DNA from: Oculina patagonica
Taxonomy: Eukaryota
DNA length: 64,000 nt
Assembly (NCBI RefSeq): GCF_052425735.1
Contig: NC_135764.1
Location: 12,090,001 to 12,154,000 of the forward strand
Direction: 5' to 3'
Positions 52,501 through 64,000 of this stretch are shown here, in pieces. The translations under genes were made by a program, and so were the position numbers. The notes beneath the pieces were generated by a model. That model did not search any database, was not told the DNA's origin, and saw only the letters and a list, made by a program, of their open reading frames with translations. The stretch's first letter is position 1; the number at the start of each line of letters is the position of its first letter.

Positions 52501-55500
52501 AAAGTGTTGGGGTCAAAAATCACAAAGTAATTTGTACTCACGAACATTGGAACATCCGTCAGGTTGTATACTGCATTGAAGCCGAGACCAAACTTTCCAA
52601 TTTTCTCAGTGTCGCCTTCTTTTGTTGCACCGTTCAGTTTTGTTATGTTTGCAAAATCCTCGTCTCGAAACTCTGCATCGTTGTAAACCCACAGTGCAGG
52701 ACCCTGGCAGTGTCTCATTTCTTCATCAATCAGACAGGTCATGGCATCTTCGTTTGTTCTTTCATCGTAAAGAAATCTAATTTCAGTAGCTCCGGCGTCG
52801 TCTGCGTTTTGAACAAGCTCTTTCGGTACTGCAAATCCATCGGTGTAATCTTCCAAAAGTCTGCTAAGTCTGCGAGTTAGTTTTTCTTCTTGCCCAAATT
52901 CCTCTCCTATTTTTTCCTCTCCTATTTCCAGCTCGTCAGGATCCAGCATTCGATTCATAAGCGTTGGAACAAGCAAAAGTTCAGCTGTGCTGTTTGGAAT
53001 GTTTGGATGTACGTACAAAAAATCCATTTCTTCATCACGATTGCTTCTTTCCAACCACTCGTGCTCACAGTACATGCAATCTTCAACTAGTGCAAGCTTG
53101 AGATAAGCATCTCCTTCTACGTGAGTGGGAACCAGAACCTTTTCCTGAAGCGTCGAAGGCAACTGTTCACCAACCTTTGGCTTAACCTCATTCAGGATGT
53201 CCACAGATAACTGCAGGTCTTTCTTCACTTCTGTAGTCGGAAACTGAGAGCGGCTGTCATACTTTTGCTTTATCAAATGAAGAACTTGGAGCAGGATTGC
53301 GTCATCGCATTTTTCCAGCAAGCCAAGACTGGCAAAAAACGCAGAGAAATGTAGCACCTCTGAAGGGAGGGCGCAGATGTATGGTGATAGGTCAATAGGA
53401 GGCTTCTCAGATAGCAGAACGCTAGGTGAAGAAAATCCATCTCCACTCCAGATCCAGGCTGGATTGTCAAGGTCCCGTAAAGCCATCATTACGTCGGCGT
53501 GATCTGCACGGCTTAAAAATGCATAGATTTCTTTAACTATCAGGATGTAACGCGGCTTTTCATCTGGGTTGTAACAACTGACTACGTTGTTCAGGTGCTG
53601 TGTGACATCAAATACAGTTGGCTCTGTGTTCCAGGAAAAATAATGGGCTAACTGACTGGATGGCTCTGTTTTAACGACTGGCTTTACGGATCCAACGAGA
53701 TTTACCAGTTGATTGCTCTTGACTTCTGAGGGTTTGTGGAAATTGGACTCTTTGCTTGTTTCTCCCAAAAACGTAAGACTTTGTGGAAAATCACTGGGTT
53801 TTCTTCTTATCCTGGGTACCCATGAGATGTCTTGAAGAAGTAATCCCAGCTTTGTTCCACAAGCGGTCTCTTGAAGTTTTGAAGGATTTCGTGTCAAGTA
53901 TTCCATGATTGCTTCTGACTTTATTTCCGCTGCTGAAAGGCTTGAAATGCCACTGACCGCTTTCGCACTTTGGTAAAGGTCTTGCCCAGTGATCCTTTCC
54001 TCGCCTTTCATTCCGAGATCTTCCAAAATCACAAGGGCTGCAGGATCGTTGTATTGCTCTACAGCAGGAAAAACATCTTCATCAGTGAAAATTCTCCTCA
54101 ACGAGTCTCCTCTGGGGTCGAATATTTCAATTGGCCGAACTCGTCTATTTTTGGTTGAGACAAATGGCAAAGCTTTTAATTTCTCTTTAAATCTCCCATT
54201 GGCACCAGCGTAAACTTTATAGCGCTCCATCACAAAGGCCATAAGTCTGTCAATCTCTTCAACAGTATAACAACCCTCTTCTACACCGGGGAATATTTCT
54301 TCGAGTAAAAATTCAGGCGGCGTCAGGATCCTGATGTCCAGTAAAACTGCCAAATGCTTCGAGTCGTCTTCCTTAACGTCAATGAGATCTCGGCGAGGAG
54401 TCACTGGGAACGACTGTTCGGGTGCGGCACAAAGATCCTCTTTCTTCGAAACAAAAGCCTTGGATAGAGTCTCAAACAAAGGAAGGCAATGGAGAACCTT
54501 CTTCTCTTCTGGTTCCAGTGATGAAGCTTTAGCAACAAACTTCCTCAAAGAGCGCTTCCCCTCGTCTGGTACTTTTTGCATTCCAGCCGTCATCACGGGC
54601 AGGGAAGCCGCCAAAGCTCTTAAAACACCTTGAGTTGACGGTGGTTGGACGAACGTACTCGTGACAGCGGGATGGAGGCTTATGAAATTTGGATATTCCT
54701 GTAATACTGTCACACCGAGCTCTTTCAAAACGCCAGTGAGGGTGTCATCAAGGCAATCGCCATGAAGGCTTCTTACTACTATTTTAGATGGCTGAGTGAG
54801 TCTTGCCAAGGTTACCGAGGCTTGGGACATGTCGATTGGAAGCAGTGGAAGGTTCTCAAGCATTTTAAGCTCATTTTCTGTGGCAAAGTTCTTGCCAAGG
54901 TAGTCCCACACGAGCCCCAGCCAGTCCTTTGGAGGATGATTTTCGACTCCAGGATACCACAGAACGTTTTCTCCCACTGACCACTCAGGAGGCAGTGATT
55001 TTGAAAGAAGTGTACCTACGTTGTCTTTGCAGAGATGTCGTAGCTGCGTGCATCCTATGTAAAATGAACAAAACTGTTTTGGATTATTTCTCTTAACAAA
55101 ATTTATGTAATGGCCTTTTTGAGTCAGGAAGACTTTACAGATACTCTCTGTCCTTCGAGATGCTTTGCCATGGAAAAAAAACATATCATCTGTAGTAACA
55201 TGCATTCAAGAACAATAAATTTCCGAAGTGTACTACTAAATAGCTAAGCTACTGCGAAGATAGCCGTACTTTTAAGATCTCCATGATACAACATACTACT
55301 ATAGCTTGGCGGTGCAGAGTTTTGCTGCAAATACAGGACGTCGTATTCCTACCAACAACAAGTTTTGTTAAATTCGATCTTCTACTCTAGATCTGAAAGT
55401 GAATGTTTATTCAATTCAAACCTCTGTATTAATTATATAATTATATGGAATTAATTTTGGTTGCTTCGTAATAAAGTCTAGAACATGCTTCGTACCTTGG

Positions 55501-58500
55501 TCAGCAGCTGCTTGCAGGCTTCTTAAGAGGTTCTCGTCAATGCTCTGGTCCAGAAATCGATCCTGTAGACACGGAAGAAGTTCACGCGGGTGCTCAGGCG
55601 AACTGATGTAAATAGCTTCACCAGAGTTGGAAAACGAAGTGAACAATCCATTGGAAACGGGCAATAGCTCTAATCCTAGGAGTTCTGAAAACTTGCCGTC
55701 TTTGAGGACAAATTTTAGAAGCAGCAACTTCTCTGAGTGACTGATGCTTCTGTAACACGAAGGCGTTTCCTTGAGTACTTTCCGTGCTAGTAGGGGCGTG
55801 ATTTCTGTACTCAAGTTTGTGTACATGCCCAACGCTTTTAACACGTGGCCGGGCAAAGAGGCAACATTTTGATCAGCCTTGAGGAAAACTCGCTCAAGCA
55901 GCTCTTTAGGATCATCCTCTTGGACTCTGTTAAAGATCACATCTTCCACGTTTAGCCAGTTTCCTCCGAGGGCTGGAGTGTAAACAACGTTTTCGGTACA
56001 CAGCAGCTCAAACAAGGGGTTCTGCAGTCTTTTCCACTTTTGGTCAATACTGTTGATGTCTGGCCACGCTCTAATTGACAAAGAACATTACAGTAAAGTA
56101 ATCAGTAAAAACAAACCTTTCACGGTCAACGAGGGAATCTGAGAATTAATTAACATGCATATTCTTCTTGTTTGCCTCTGTATCTTTAAGGACCTCTTCT
56201 GTGGGCGTCCAATTCTGTTATCCTTGACAGTCCGGTAAACTGTTCGCGAAATTAACCTCATAAAAAGGACGGTATTTGTTTGGAATATCATCAGGACATA
56301 CAGATCAACGGACATGAAAATTTAGACATTTTAATCTTACTTGTAAATTGCCTCTGCTTGTACACTATAACACTTCTCGTTAATGGCTTCCATCAGCATC
56401 GTGGCATACGCGCGGGGGATTGCTTCTTCTAGCAGACACCGGTTCCACAACAAGGACTTGTCAGTCAGCTGTCGGCCTTCCTTCTCAGCCAGATCTTCTT
56501 GCTCAGCATTCGGTGTCTTAATGTAACGTCTGTTCTGGTTCAATGCAAAGAAGCCGTTAACATGCACTGGCAAACCTGTCAAGCTCGTCTTTTGCATGGG
56601 CAATGGTAGGAAACAAAACACGTGTCCTCGAATATCAGGCGTTTGATTTCCAGAGCTATCTGGTAATGCCATGGCGACACCAACTAAAGGTAGATAGCTC
56701 AGGTCTCCATCTGTAGCCAGGCTTTCAAATTGTGACGAGACCTTTCCACCACAAAAATAGTTTGTGACAAGGAATGAATGCCTTTCGGTACTGCTTCCTT
56801 CCCCTTCGGAGAAATTCAGTGTCTCAATCGTGATTGGATACGTTACTTTAACAGGTTGTGGCATTAGCTGGCCATGGCCGGTCTTGATCTCGTTCCGAAA
56901 CTCCCGTCTCTTTTCTCGAACTAACTGGAGGCTATCATCGCTTATTCGTACTTGAAACGTTTTCCTGGCTTCACTATTTGACTCTTCCCGGACGTAAAGC
57001 TCTATGGATTCGAGATACTGGAGAAATAGAAGAATCAAGTGTGCATCGGCCATGAAACTCTCAAACAGCATGTTCACCTTTTCTGCAGAGTACAGCGTCT
57101 GTGACAGCTTTGAGGGGGTGTTTCGCAGGGGGAAGCGAAACAACGTCCCATTGTAAGATCCTTCAGAGAAAACATTATCTGTACAGTCGAATATTCCTTT
57201 GTAAGGGAGAAACTGGTCCGGTATACTGTCCATGGCTGCACGGTCTTCTTTCATTCTCCATCTGTGTCCCGTTCGTCGGTCTCTTCCGTCGCCAAAGTAC
57301 TCCTCGTGCGGATCAATCACGCCAATTTGTGAACTGCTCACGATGCTCGGGAGATCTGAAATGAACAGAGCATGTAATGAGCAAAATTGTTGCTTCGGCG
57401 ATGAAAGAATGGTTCTTGGCAGTTTTGTTACGTTTCGGCCACATTTCGCATGGTCGTATTGGATGGGAAGTTGTTTTGGATAATGGAAACAAGATTAAGA
57501 TCCTACGTTACTCTTCTCGCTTTAATTTGATATACAAGATAGAAAACGGTCACCTAATGTATACAATTTTGAGTTTAAAAGGCCGCGGGCATGGAACTGG
57601 CGCGGCTGAGGTTCTTAGAAAGTCAATTGACACTGCATCCGACACGCCAGACGATCCACCACCAGGATTTTGCTATACGATATCTTGAAGTTGTTTTGAT
57701 TTTTTGCAATTCGTCTTATTTGAAACGTTATAAGGGTTAATAGGTGGTTGTTGCCGTCACTTCTGCTAGTTTACCGGAGTTCATTTTAAGGTAGGCTGAA
57801 GTCGCATTTTATGCTCATATTTTCCGACATTCTCTAAGTCGCGTTGTCTTTCACTTCAAGAACCTTATCTTTGGGCCCGGGGGGGGGGGGGGGGGGGGGC
57901 CGCTGGATAGGGTATGGTTTTTTACTACTCCCATCCTGAACAGGGTATATAATTTCAAGCTCCTCTGTCTTAAACAGGGCCTGAACCTGTCCTAGACAGG
58001 GTATGGCTGCAAGACTGTCCTCAAGTATTTGTATTGTTTTCGCTTTCGCTTCAATGAAAAGCATTATTTTATTTGCTGGGATCGGTGTTCGCAGTTCAAT
58101 GCGTCGAACATCGCGTCTGGGACGTAATCACAATAAAGCGTAAGTTATTGTTGATGTTGTCCTTTGTCCTAAATAGGGTCTTAAAATAGGGCGTGTTGTC
58201 TTACACAGGGTAGGTATTTTAAGTTTTCACTGTCCTAAACAAGGTTAGGGTTTCAAACCTCCAGCGGTACCCCTATACCTAAACAAAGGTCAAGTACCCT
58301 CCCCCCCGCGGGTCTTTGGGCAAACGCGACTTCACGAAAGTCTATCATTGATTCTTCATTCAATTACTCTCTATTCCTGATTGACCTAAAATAAAAGGGG
58401 CGATGAGACTATTTGAAACAATTTACCCATAACAATCGGAGACTAACCTGTAACATGAAATACAGACTTGAAGCCAAGGCCAAAACGGCCGACTTTCATT

Positions 58501-61500
58501 GGGTCTTTGACTTTAATACTGTCGCACAACATTCGTATGCCTTTCCAGTCGTCTTTAGTAAACTGAGCGTCGTTGTAGGCATAAAGTGCTGGGCCCTGTT
58601 TGACAAGCGTACAAACATTATTAAAAATACACAACAGAGCATAAATTCAAGCATTTGTTCTGTTATTAGTAGTGCGACAAAGTACCAATAGGATTCAAAT
58701 ACTGTGCAGAAAACTGCGAGTGTTTTACCACTCACTTCGTTTAAAAAATCTACCTGAAACTGGGCGAGGCCTTTGCTATGTAGTTTTTCTGTTCCATAGC
58801 TGTGTTTGTCGTGAAGTAATTTCACTTTGCTTGCCCCTGCATCTTCGGCATTTTGAATGAGCTCCTAATATATGGGAGAAATATTGTTCACTTTTAGAAG
58901 AAATAAAATCATTACAGAAATATAGAGTAACGATAGACTTTTTAGTTGGGTGAGAATTTGTCTTTGACACAATCGCCATCCGGACATGCAACTTGAGTTC
59001 TTCTTAGTTTTATAGATAGGGTAAGCATAAAGTTTGTTCTGCTGAAGACTGTGGTGCACAATCTAGCGGTCTTTTTTCACCGTCTTTACCTTCAGTATCT
59101 GCCCATCGTCTGGATACTGATCTAGGATGGTCCTCAGCTGTTGGATAAGCGATGGCTGAATCAAATCAAACCCATCGTCATCATTATCCGCTAGCACGAA
59201 AAAACAAAAAAAAATTATCAGCTAGACTTACTGCGCCCATTTTCAGTATCTAATCAGTAGCTGCTATAGCTACTGACAATGACTGATCCGAAAAACTTAC
59301 ATGTAAAGACAGGTGGAAGTAAGCAAGAATGCACGAAGGAAAGAAAGAAGAAAGATAGGGAGAGGAAGAGAAGGAAGCAGGTAAGTAAGAAGGTAAACAT
59401 CCAGGAAGGAGGGCAGGCAGGCGGGCAGGCAGGCAGGTAGGAGGCAGGCAGGTAAGTAGGAGGTAGAGAGGTAGGAAGATAAATATGCAGGCATGCAGTA
59501 AGGCAGGTGTAAAGCAGGATTGACTAACAGGCAGGTAAGGTAGGCAAGAACGTAGTTCAAAATGTGAAAAGGAAAGGTGGGTCAATAGGCAGGCAGGTAG
59601 GTAGGTAAGTATTGGTGTAAAACAGTATTGCAATGAGAGCTTGTGTTTACAGAAGAGTGTAACCTTAACTTCGAGATAATTTTCACGAGTTTGATCTCTC
59701 TTACATAAAAACAATTGTGGCAGTGTGCGTTAGTGCGTACCGACTGTCATTCACTTCATTAAATTGTTTCTCAATTACCTTATTGTATTTTCCATGAAAT
59801 CCATCCTTTCTTCATCAGTAAAACTACTTAAACTGAGCAAAATCCAAGCTTAGAATGATTTCTCAGTACTCTGGAAGCCTTTTCCGAGNNNNNNNNNNNN
59901 NNNNNNNNNNNNNNNNNNNNNNNNNNNNNNNNNNNNNNNNNNNNNNNNNNNNNNNNNNNNNNNNNNNNNNNNNNNNNNNNNNNNNNNNNNNNNNNNNNNN
60001 NNNNNNNNNNNNNNNNNNNNNNNNNNNNNNNNNNNNNNNNNNNNNNNNNNNNNNNNNNNNNNNNNNNNNNNNNNNNNNNNNNNNNNNNNNNNNNNNNNNN
60101 NNNNNNNNNNNNNNNNNNNNNNNNNNNNNNNNNNNNNNNNNNNNNNNNNNNNNNNNNNNNNNNNNNNNNNNNNNNNNNNNNNNNNNNNNNNNNNNNNNNN
60201 NNNNNNNNNNNNNNNNNNNNNNNNNNNNNNNNNNNNNNNNNNNNNNNNNNNNNNNNNNNNNNNNNNNNNNNNNNNNNNNNNNNNNNNNNNNNNNNNNNNN
60301 NNNNNNNNNNNNNNNNNNNNNNNNNNNNNNNNNNNNNNNNNNNNNNNNNNNNNNNNNNNNNNNNNNNNNNNNNNNNNNNNNNNNNNNNNNNNNNNNNNNN
60401 NNNNNNNNNNNNNNNNNNNNNNNNNNNNNNNNNGCAGGAAGGTAGGGAGGTAGGAAGGAAAATATGCAGGCAGGCAGGTAGGCAGGTGTAAAAAAGTATT
60501 GACAGACAGGCAGGTAAGGTAGGCAAGAACGTAGTTCAATAGGTAAAAAGGTAAGGAGGCAGGTAGGCAGGTAGGTAGGCAGGTAGTTAGGTAGGTAGAT
60601 AGGAAGGAAGGTAGGAGGCAGGAAAGAAGGTAAGTAGGCAGGCAGGTAGGTAGTAAGGTAGGTAGGCAGGTAGGTAGGTTCCTTGGAAGGTAGGTAGGTA
60701 GACAGGTGTGAAGGTATGGAGGCAGGTAGGCAAGCCGAAAGGCAGGCAGTAAAGTAGAAAGGTAAATATGAGGCAGGCAGGTAGGTGGTAGGTCGGTGAG
60801 TAGGGAGGTAGGAAGGTAAATATGCAGGCAGGCATGCAAGCAGGTAGGTAGGCAGGCGAAAGTTAGGCTTGAAAGACAGACAGGCAGGTAAGCTAGGCAA
60901 GAACGTATTTGGAGATAGGTAAAAAGGTTAGAAAGTGGATATGTAGGTGGGCAGGCAGGCAGGCTTGATNNNNNNNNNNNNNNNNNNNNNNNNNNNNNNN
61001 NNNNNNNNNNNNNNNNNNNNNNNNNNNNNNNNNNNNNNNNNNNNNNNNNNNNNNNNNNNNNNNNNNNNNNNNNNNNNNNNNNNNNNNNNNNNNNNNNNNN
61101 NNNNNNNNNNNNNNNNNNNNNNNNNNNNNNNNNNCAGATAGGAATGTAGGTAAGTGATAGGTCGAATCAGTCAGTCAGTCAGTCAGTCAGTTAGTCAGTT
61201 AGTCAGTTAGTTAGTTAGTTAGTTAGTTAGTTAATTAGGTAGGTACAGAGGCAGGTAGGAAAGGCAGAAAGGGAGTCAGGTTAAGTTAGGTAGGCAGGTA
61301 GGTAGGCAGGCAGGTAGGCAGGCAGCTAGATAGGCAGGTAGGTAGGTAAGTAGGTAGGTAGGTAGGTACCTAGGTAGGTAGGTAGGTAGGTAGGTAGTAG
61401 GTTGGAAGGTAGGAGGAAAGTAGGTAGGTAGGTAGAAAGGCAGGCGGGCAGGCGGGCAGGCAGGTTGGTAGGTATAGGTAGGTAGGTAGGTAGGTAGGTA

Positions 61501-61906
61501 GGTAGGTAGGTAGGTAGGTAGGCAAGTAGATAGGTGTGTAGGTAGGCAGGCACTGCCTAGCCCCTTTAATTGGTTAGTACTAACATACACCCCCCCCTCT
61601 TTCTCTACCCCCCCCCCCCACCTCCCATTCCAGGTCTGTAATCTCCAAGTTAAGAGTATGTTTTTTTATGCCAATACTAGTCCACTAAGAATATGATTGA
61701 ATAAACATTCGTCTGCTTGTCTGTATGAATTTTTTGTTATTTTGTTTTGAGACAAGTTTGGGATTAAAATAACCGCTTGCACGGTCGACTATACACACAT
61801 GTGGGAGACGTGGGTGGGGGGGGGGGATCACAAAGAGTCGACGATCAAATAAAGTTGACTTGCAGAAAAAGCTAATATACTAGACACTCATTTGATACTC
61901 ACCCAT
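43279..61906 (-). CDS. SACS: Sacsin-like protein, intact copy (~4457 aa, 8 coding exons): three sacsin repeat regions with Hsp90-like ATPase motifs, J-domain, HEPN
   Basis: Exons read by hand, all GT..AG and phase-compatible: 61903-61906, 59090-59190, 58754-58864, 58448-58595, 56341-57355, 55496-56070, 43914-55054, 43279-43557. Total 13374 nt = 4457 aa + stop. Motifs: [93 protein letters not shown]. Confidence 0.92.
43914..55054 (-). CDS. SACS: Giant exon 7 (11,141 nt) of intact sacsin-like gene: end of repeat 1, repeats 2-3, J-domain, start of HEPN
   Basis: Lies within the 3787-aa ORF 43842-55205. Acceptor ttttacatAG|GA TGC ACG CAG; donor CAC CAG|gtaagg. Confidence 0.92.
55496..56070 (-). 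CDS. SACS: Sacsin-like exon 6
   Basis: Phase-2 acceptor (AA|A GCG TGG CCA) and phase-1 donor (CAA G|gtacg); inside ORF 55416-56081. Confidence 0.88.
56341..57355 (-). CDS. SACS: Sacsin-like exon 5 (repeat 1: [25 protein letters not shown])
   Basis: Phase-1 acceptor G|AT CTC CCG; donor TAC AA|gtaag; overlaps ORF 56337-57341. Confidence 0.9.
57496..58410. mobile_element. ~0.9-kb insertion in intron 4 of unit 2, containing a nested CCCGGG-terminal MITE (57876-58312)
   Basis: Absent at ~24638-24642 of unit 1. The nested MITE has a perfect 8-bp TSD tctttggg (57868-57875/58313-58320). Confidence 0.85.
58448..58595 (-). CDS. SACS: Sacsin-like exon 4 (GPALYAYND...[14 protein letters not shown])
   Basis: 148-nt exon bounded by AG/GT; carries the Hsp90-like glycine motif. 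Confidence 0.88.
58754..58864 (-). CDS. SACS: Sacsin-like exon 3 ([11 protein letters not shown]...AQFQ)
   Basis: 111-nt phase 0/0 exon containing the ExxxNxxDA motif. Confidence 0.88.
59090..59190 (-). CDS. SACS: Sacsin-like exon 2 ([33 protein letters not shown])
   Basis: 101-nt exon; gctAG acceptor and AAG|gtaaag donor; resembles the start of a sacsin repeat. Confidence 0.85.
59330..61550. repeat. (AGGT/AGGC)n microsatellite tract in intron 1 of unit 2, with gaps
   Basis: Direct reading. N runs at 59889-60433 and 60970-61134. Confidence 0.95.
61903..61906 (-). CDS. SACS: Putative first coding exon segment (ATG G)
   Basis: aaaATGG|gtgagt here and aaaATGA|gtgagt in the other copy (28791-28794). 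The phase-1 donor exactly complements exon 2 in both copies (M-A-D-N / M-M-D-N). Confidence 0.65.
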
Positions 61907-62153
61907 TTTCTGGAAGGATCACTCTTCTGCTCTTACATTGTGTTCATCTGGAAGGGAACGATGGTCCGAATATTTATTTCACTATACAAACCAGAACAGC
62001 ATTTCGCAAATTTGCAAAACACTGCGGCTAAATTACAGCCAGCCAGTAAGTTGTCCATAAAACGCCAAATTAAATGACTAGAATTTTTGAGAAATTCGAA
62101 GAGACTATGTTTTCTTCTTTAAGATGAACTATGTGATTTTGAAGGGCTTTAGC

Positions 62154-62473
62154 CCCGGGGGGGGGGGGGGAATCCCATATGAGAGTGACGGGGATGCTCG
62201 TCGTCTCGCTTAGGGGTATAAATTTCGGACTTTGGGTCTCGCTTAGGGTGTTCTGGGGAAAATGCAAGAAAATGACAATATTTTTAGCCGTCAGGGTCTC
62301 GTTTAGGGTTACACACGAAGAAATATACCAATATAAGTTTTTTTCTCAGTCTTTTGGTATCTTTTAGGGGTCTAAAATAGCTTGAGCCACGCCCAGATTG
62401 GTCTCTTTTAGGGGTTCTTTTCAAAATTTCCGACGAGCATCCCCGTCCCTTTAATATGGGAGTCCCCCCCGGG
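62154..62473. mobile_element. CCCGGG-terminal MITE with 8-bp TSD (hAT-like), unit 2 only
   Basis: TSD gctttagc at 62146-62153/62474-62481; termini cccggggg..gaatcccatat / atatgggagtccccccggg; empty site gctctagc at ~29033-29040. Confidence 0.88.
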
Positions 62474-64000
62474 GCTTTAGCTATAGATCTCAAATCGGCT
62501 TGTTTAATTATTTCAAATGAATTGAGAGCAAACTGTTTGCATGCAGGCTAACCGGAGCGTTAGTACAGTAAAGGCTAAAAGGACGTTTGGAACTTGGGTT
62601 TAGTCTCACTGCCGATCACTTTATGGTCTATATATAGTCTATTTAAAACCTTGATGAACCGTCACGTTGCCGGTACGTCCTTAAGAAACACTTCGTAAAA
62701 CGTAATAACAAAAGCCGTGAAAAGCAGAAAATATGTTAAAACAGAGAAGTTTGGGGTTACAGCTTTTAGTACGGAATTCAACTATGTATATATATGCAAG
62801 GCATTAATTCTCATCCTTCACTAGCTTCAGAGTCTGTGTGTATCTTTTGCTGTAACATTCTGTGAAATGGCGTCTCTCAATAAAACATTTTGTACCGAAC
62901 GGAATTTAGGAGACCAGAATAAGCGATCGAGACCGCAACTTATAATTTGTTTAAAAATATGATTTTTTTTAGCCGTTAATTGTCGAGCAAAAGTTCAGCT
63001 GTTGCATCTCAAGAGCTTTTCGAAGCCTTGGAGGGCCTAACGCTTTTGAAATCTAAAACTTTGAAGTTTTCACGACACTTCAAATTTCGTCCTTGTATCA
63101 GGATGGAATTTAGGAGAGCAGAATAGGCGATCGAGACCGCAAGTTATTTGTTCAAAAATGTGATTTTTAGCCATTGATTGTTGTGCAAAACTTCCGCTGT
63201 TGCACATCAAAAGCTTCTGGAAGCTTCGGAGGGCCCAACGCTTTCGAAAATCGAAAATTTGTGTGTTCACGACAGCTTTTTGGTGCAAAACAGTATTGCA
63301 ATGAGAGCTTGTGTTTACATAAGAGTGGAACCTTAACTCAGTCTACGCCTTCGAGATAATTTTCGCGAGTTTGTTTCCTCTTAAGAAACAACCGTGGCAG
63401 TGTGCGTAAGTGCGTACCGTCTACCTTTCACTTCATTAACATTGTTTCTCGTTTACCTTACTGTACTTTCCATGAAATCCATCCTTTCTTCGTTAGTAAA
63501 ACTACTAAAACTGAATCAAATCCAAGACTCTGGAAGCCTTTTCCGAGAAATCCTGTCCTAAACTCGTTGTCACGTGACCTATTAACGTTTCCCGGAAAGC
63601 AATCATTTTACTTCCGTGTCACGACGGTCACGCAAGAGTCACGCCACTACGAAGCGAAATTGATCGAGGGTCTGTAGAAATTAAACCATTTTAATTGTAT
63701 AAATAAAACGTGAACCATCTGATGTTTTCACTGGCAATATTCGCAGACAATAGTAAAATAACGTAGTATCGATGTTTATTAACGACAAAGATATCAGATC
63801 ATACCAATTGTTGTTAATAAAACAAGATCGTGTGCTTGTAAAATGAAGTACTTGCTTCTTTGATTTATAGTGAATCTGGAATTTTTTTTTTTTACATTTC
63901 GAAAAAATGGGTCGGTCGGGCAATGGGAAACGAAACATTTTATTGGGATGGCCATAACAATATTAAAAACAGAGAAGGGCCCCAGAAAATTAAAGCGGGT

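Larger units (their letters stand above)
31925..63750. repeat. ~32-kb tandem duplication unit 2
   Basis: Collinear with 1-31720. Near-identical up to ~56100 (apart from indels), more diverged beyond. Confidence 0.95.

Noticed and set aside
63950-64000. Match to positions ~110-160 as proof of a third unit to the right
   Set aside because: The match lies in MITE sequence and is too short to show array continuation.

Overview
AT-rich eukaryotic genomic DNA with spliceosomal introns. The MITE/SINE repertoire suggests a cnidarian such as a coral (inference). The window is a head-to-tail ~32-kb duplication: position 1 aligns with 31925. Each unit carries a minus-strand, 8-coding-exon sacsin (SACS)-like gene with three Hsp90-like/GHKL sacsin repeats, a J-domain with HPD and a C-terminal HEPN domain, and no obvious N-terminal ubiquitin-like domain. 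The right copy (43279-61906) splices into an intact ~4457-aa protein. The left copy (10417-28794) has a nonsense codon (20240-20242) and a 1-bp deletion (11571/11572). Identity between the copies is mosaic: exons 6-8 are almost identical, while exon 5 and the 5' region are clearly diverged. This points to unequal crossover/gene conversion in a sacsin array, or to two haplotypes scaffolded in tandem. Upstream of each gene is a repeated ~1-kb module with conserved heat-shock elements and a paired STAT/GAS-E-box-ETS motif cluster. Comparing the copies exposes many presence/absence transposon insertions with exact target-site duplications. Intron 1 is a gapped (AGGT/AGGC)n microsatellite tract.
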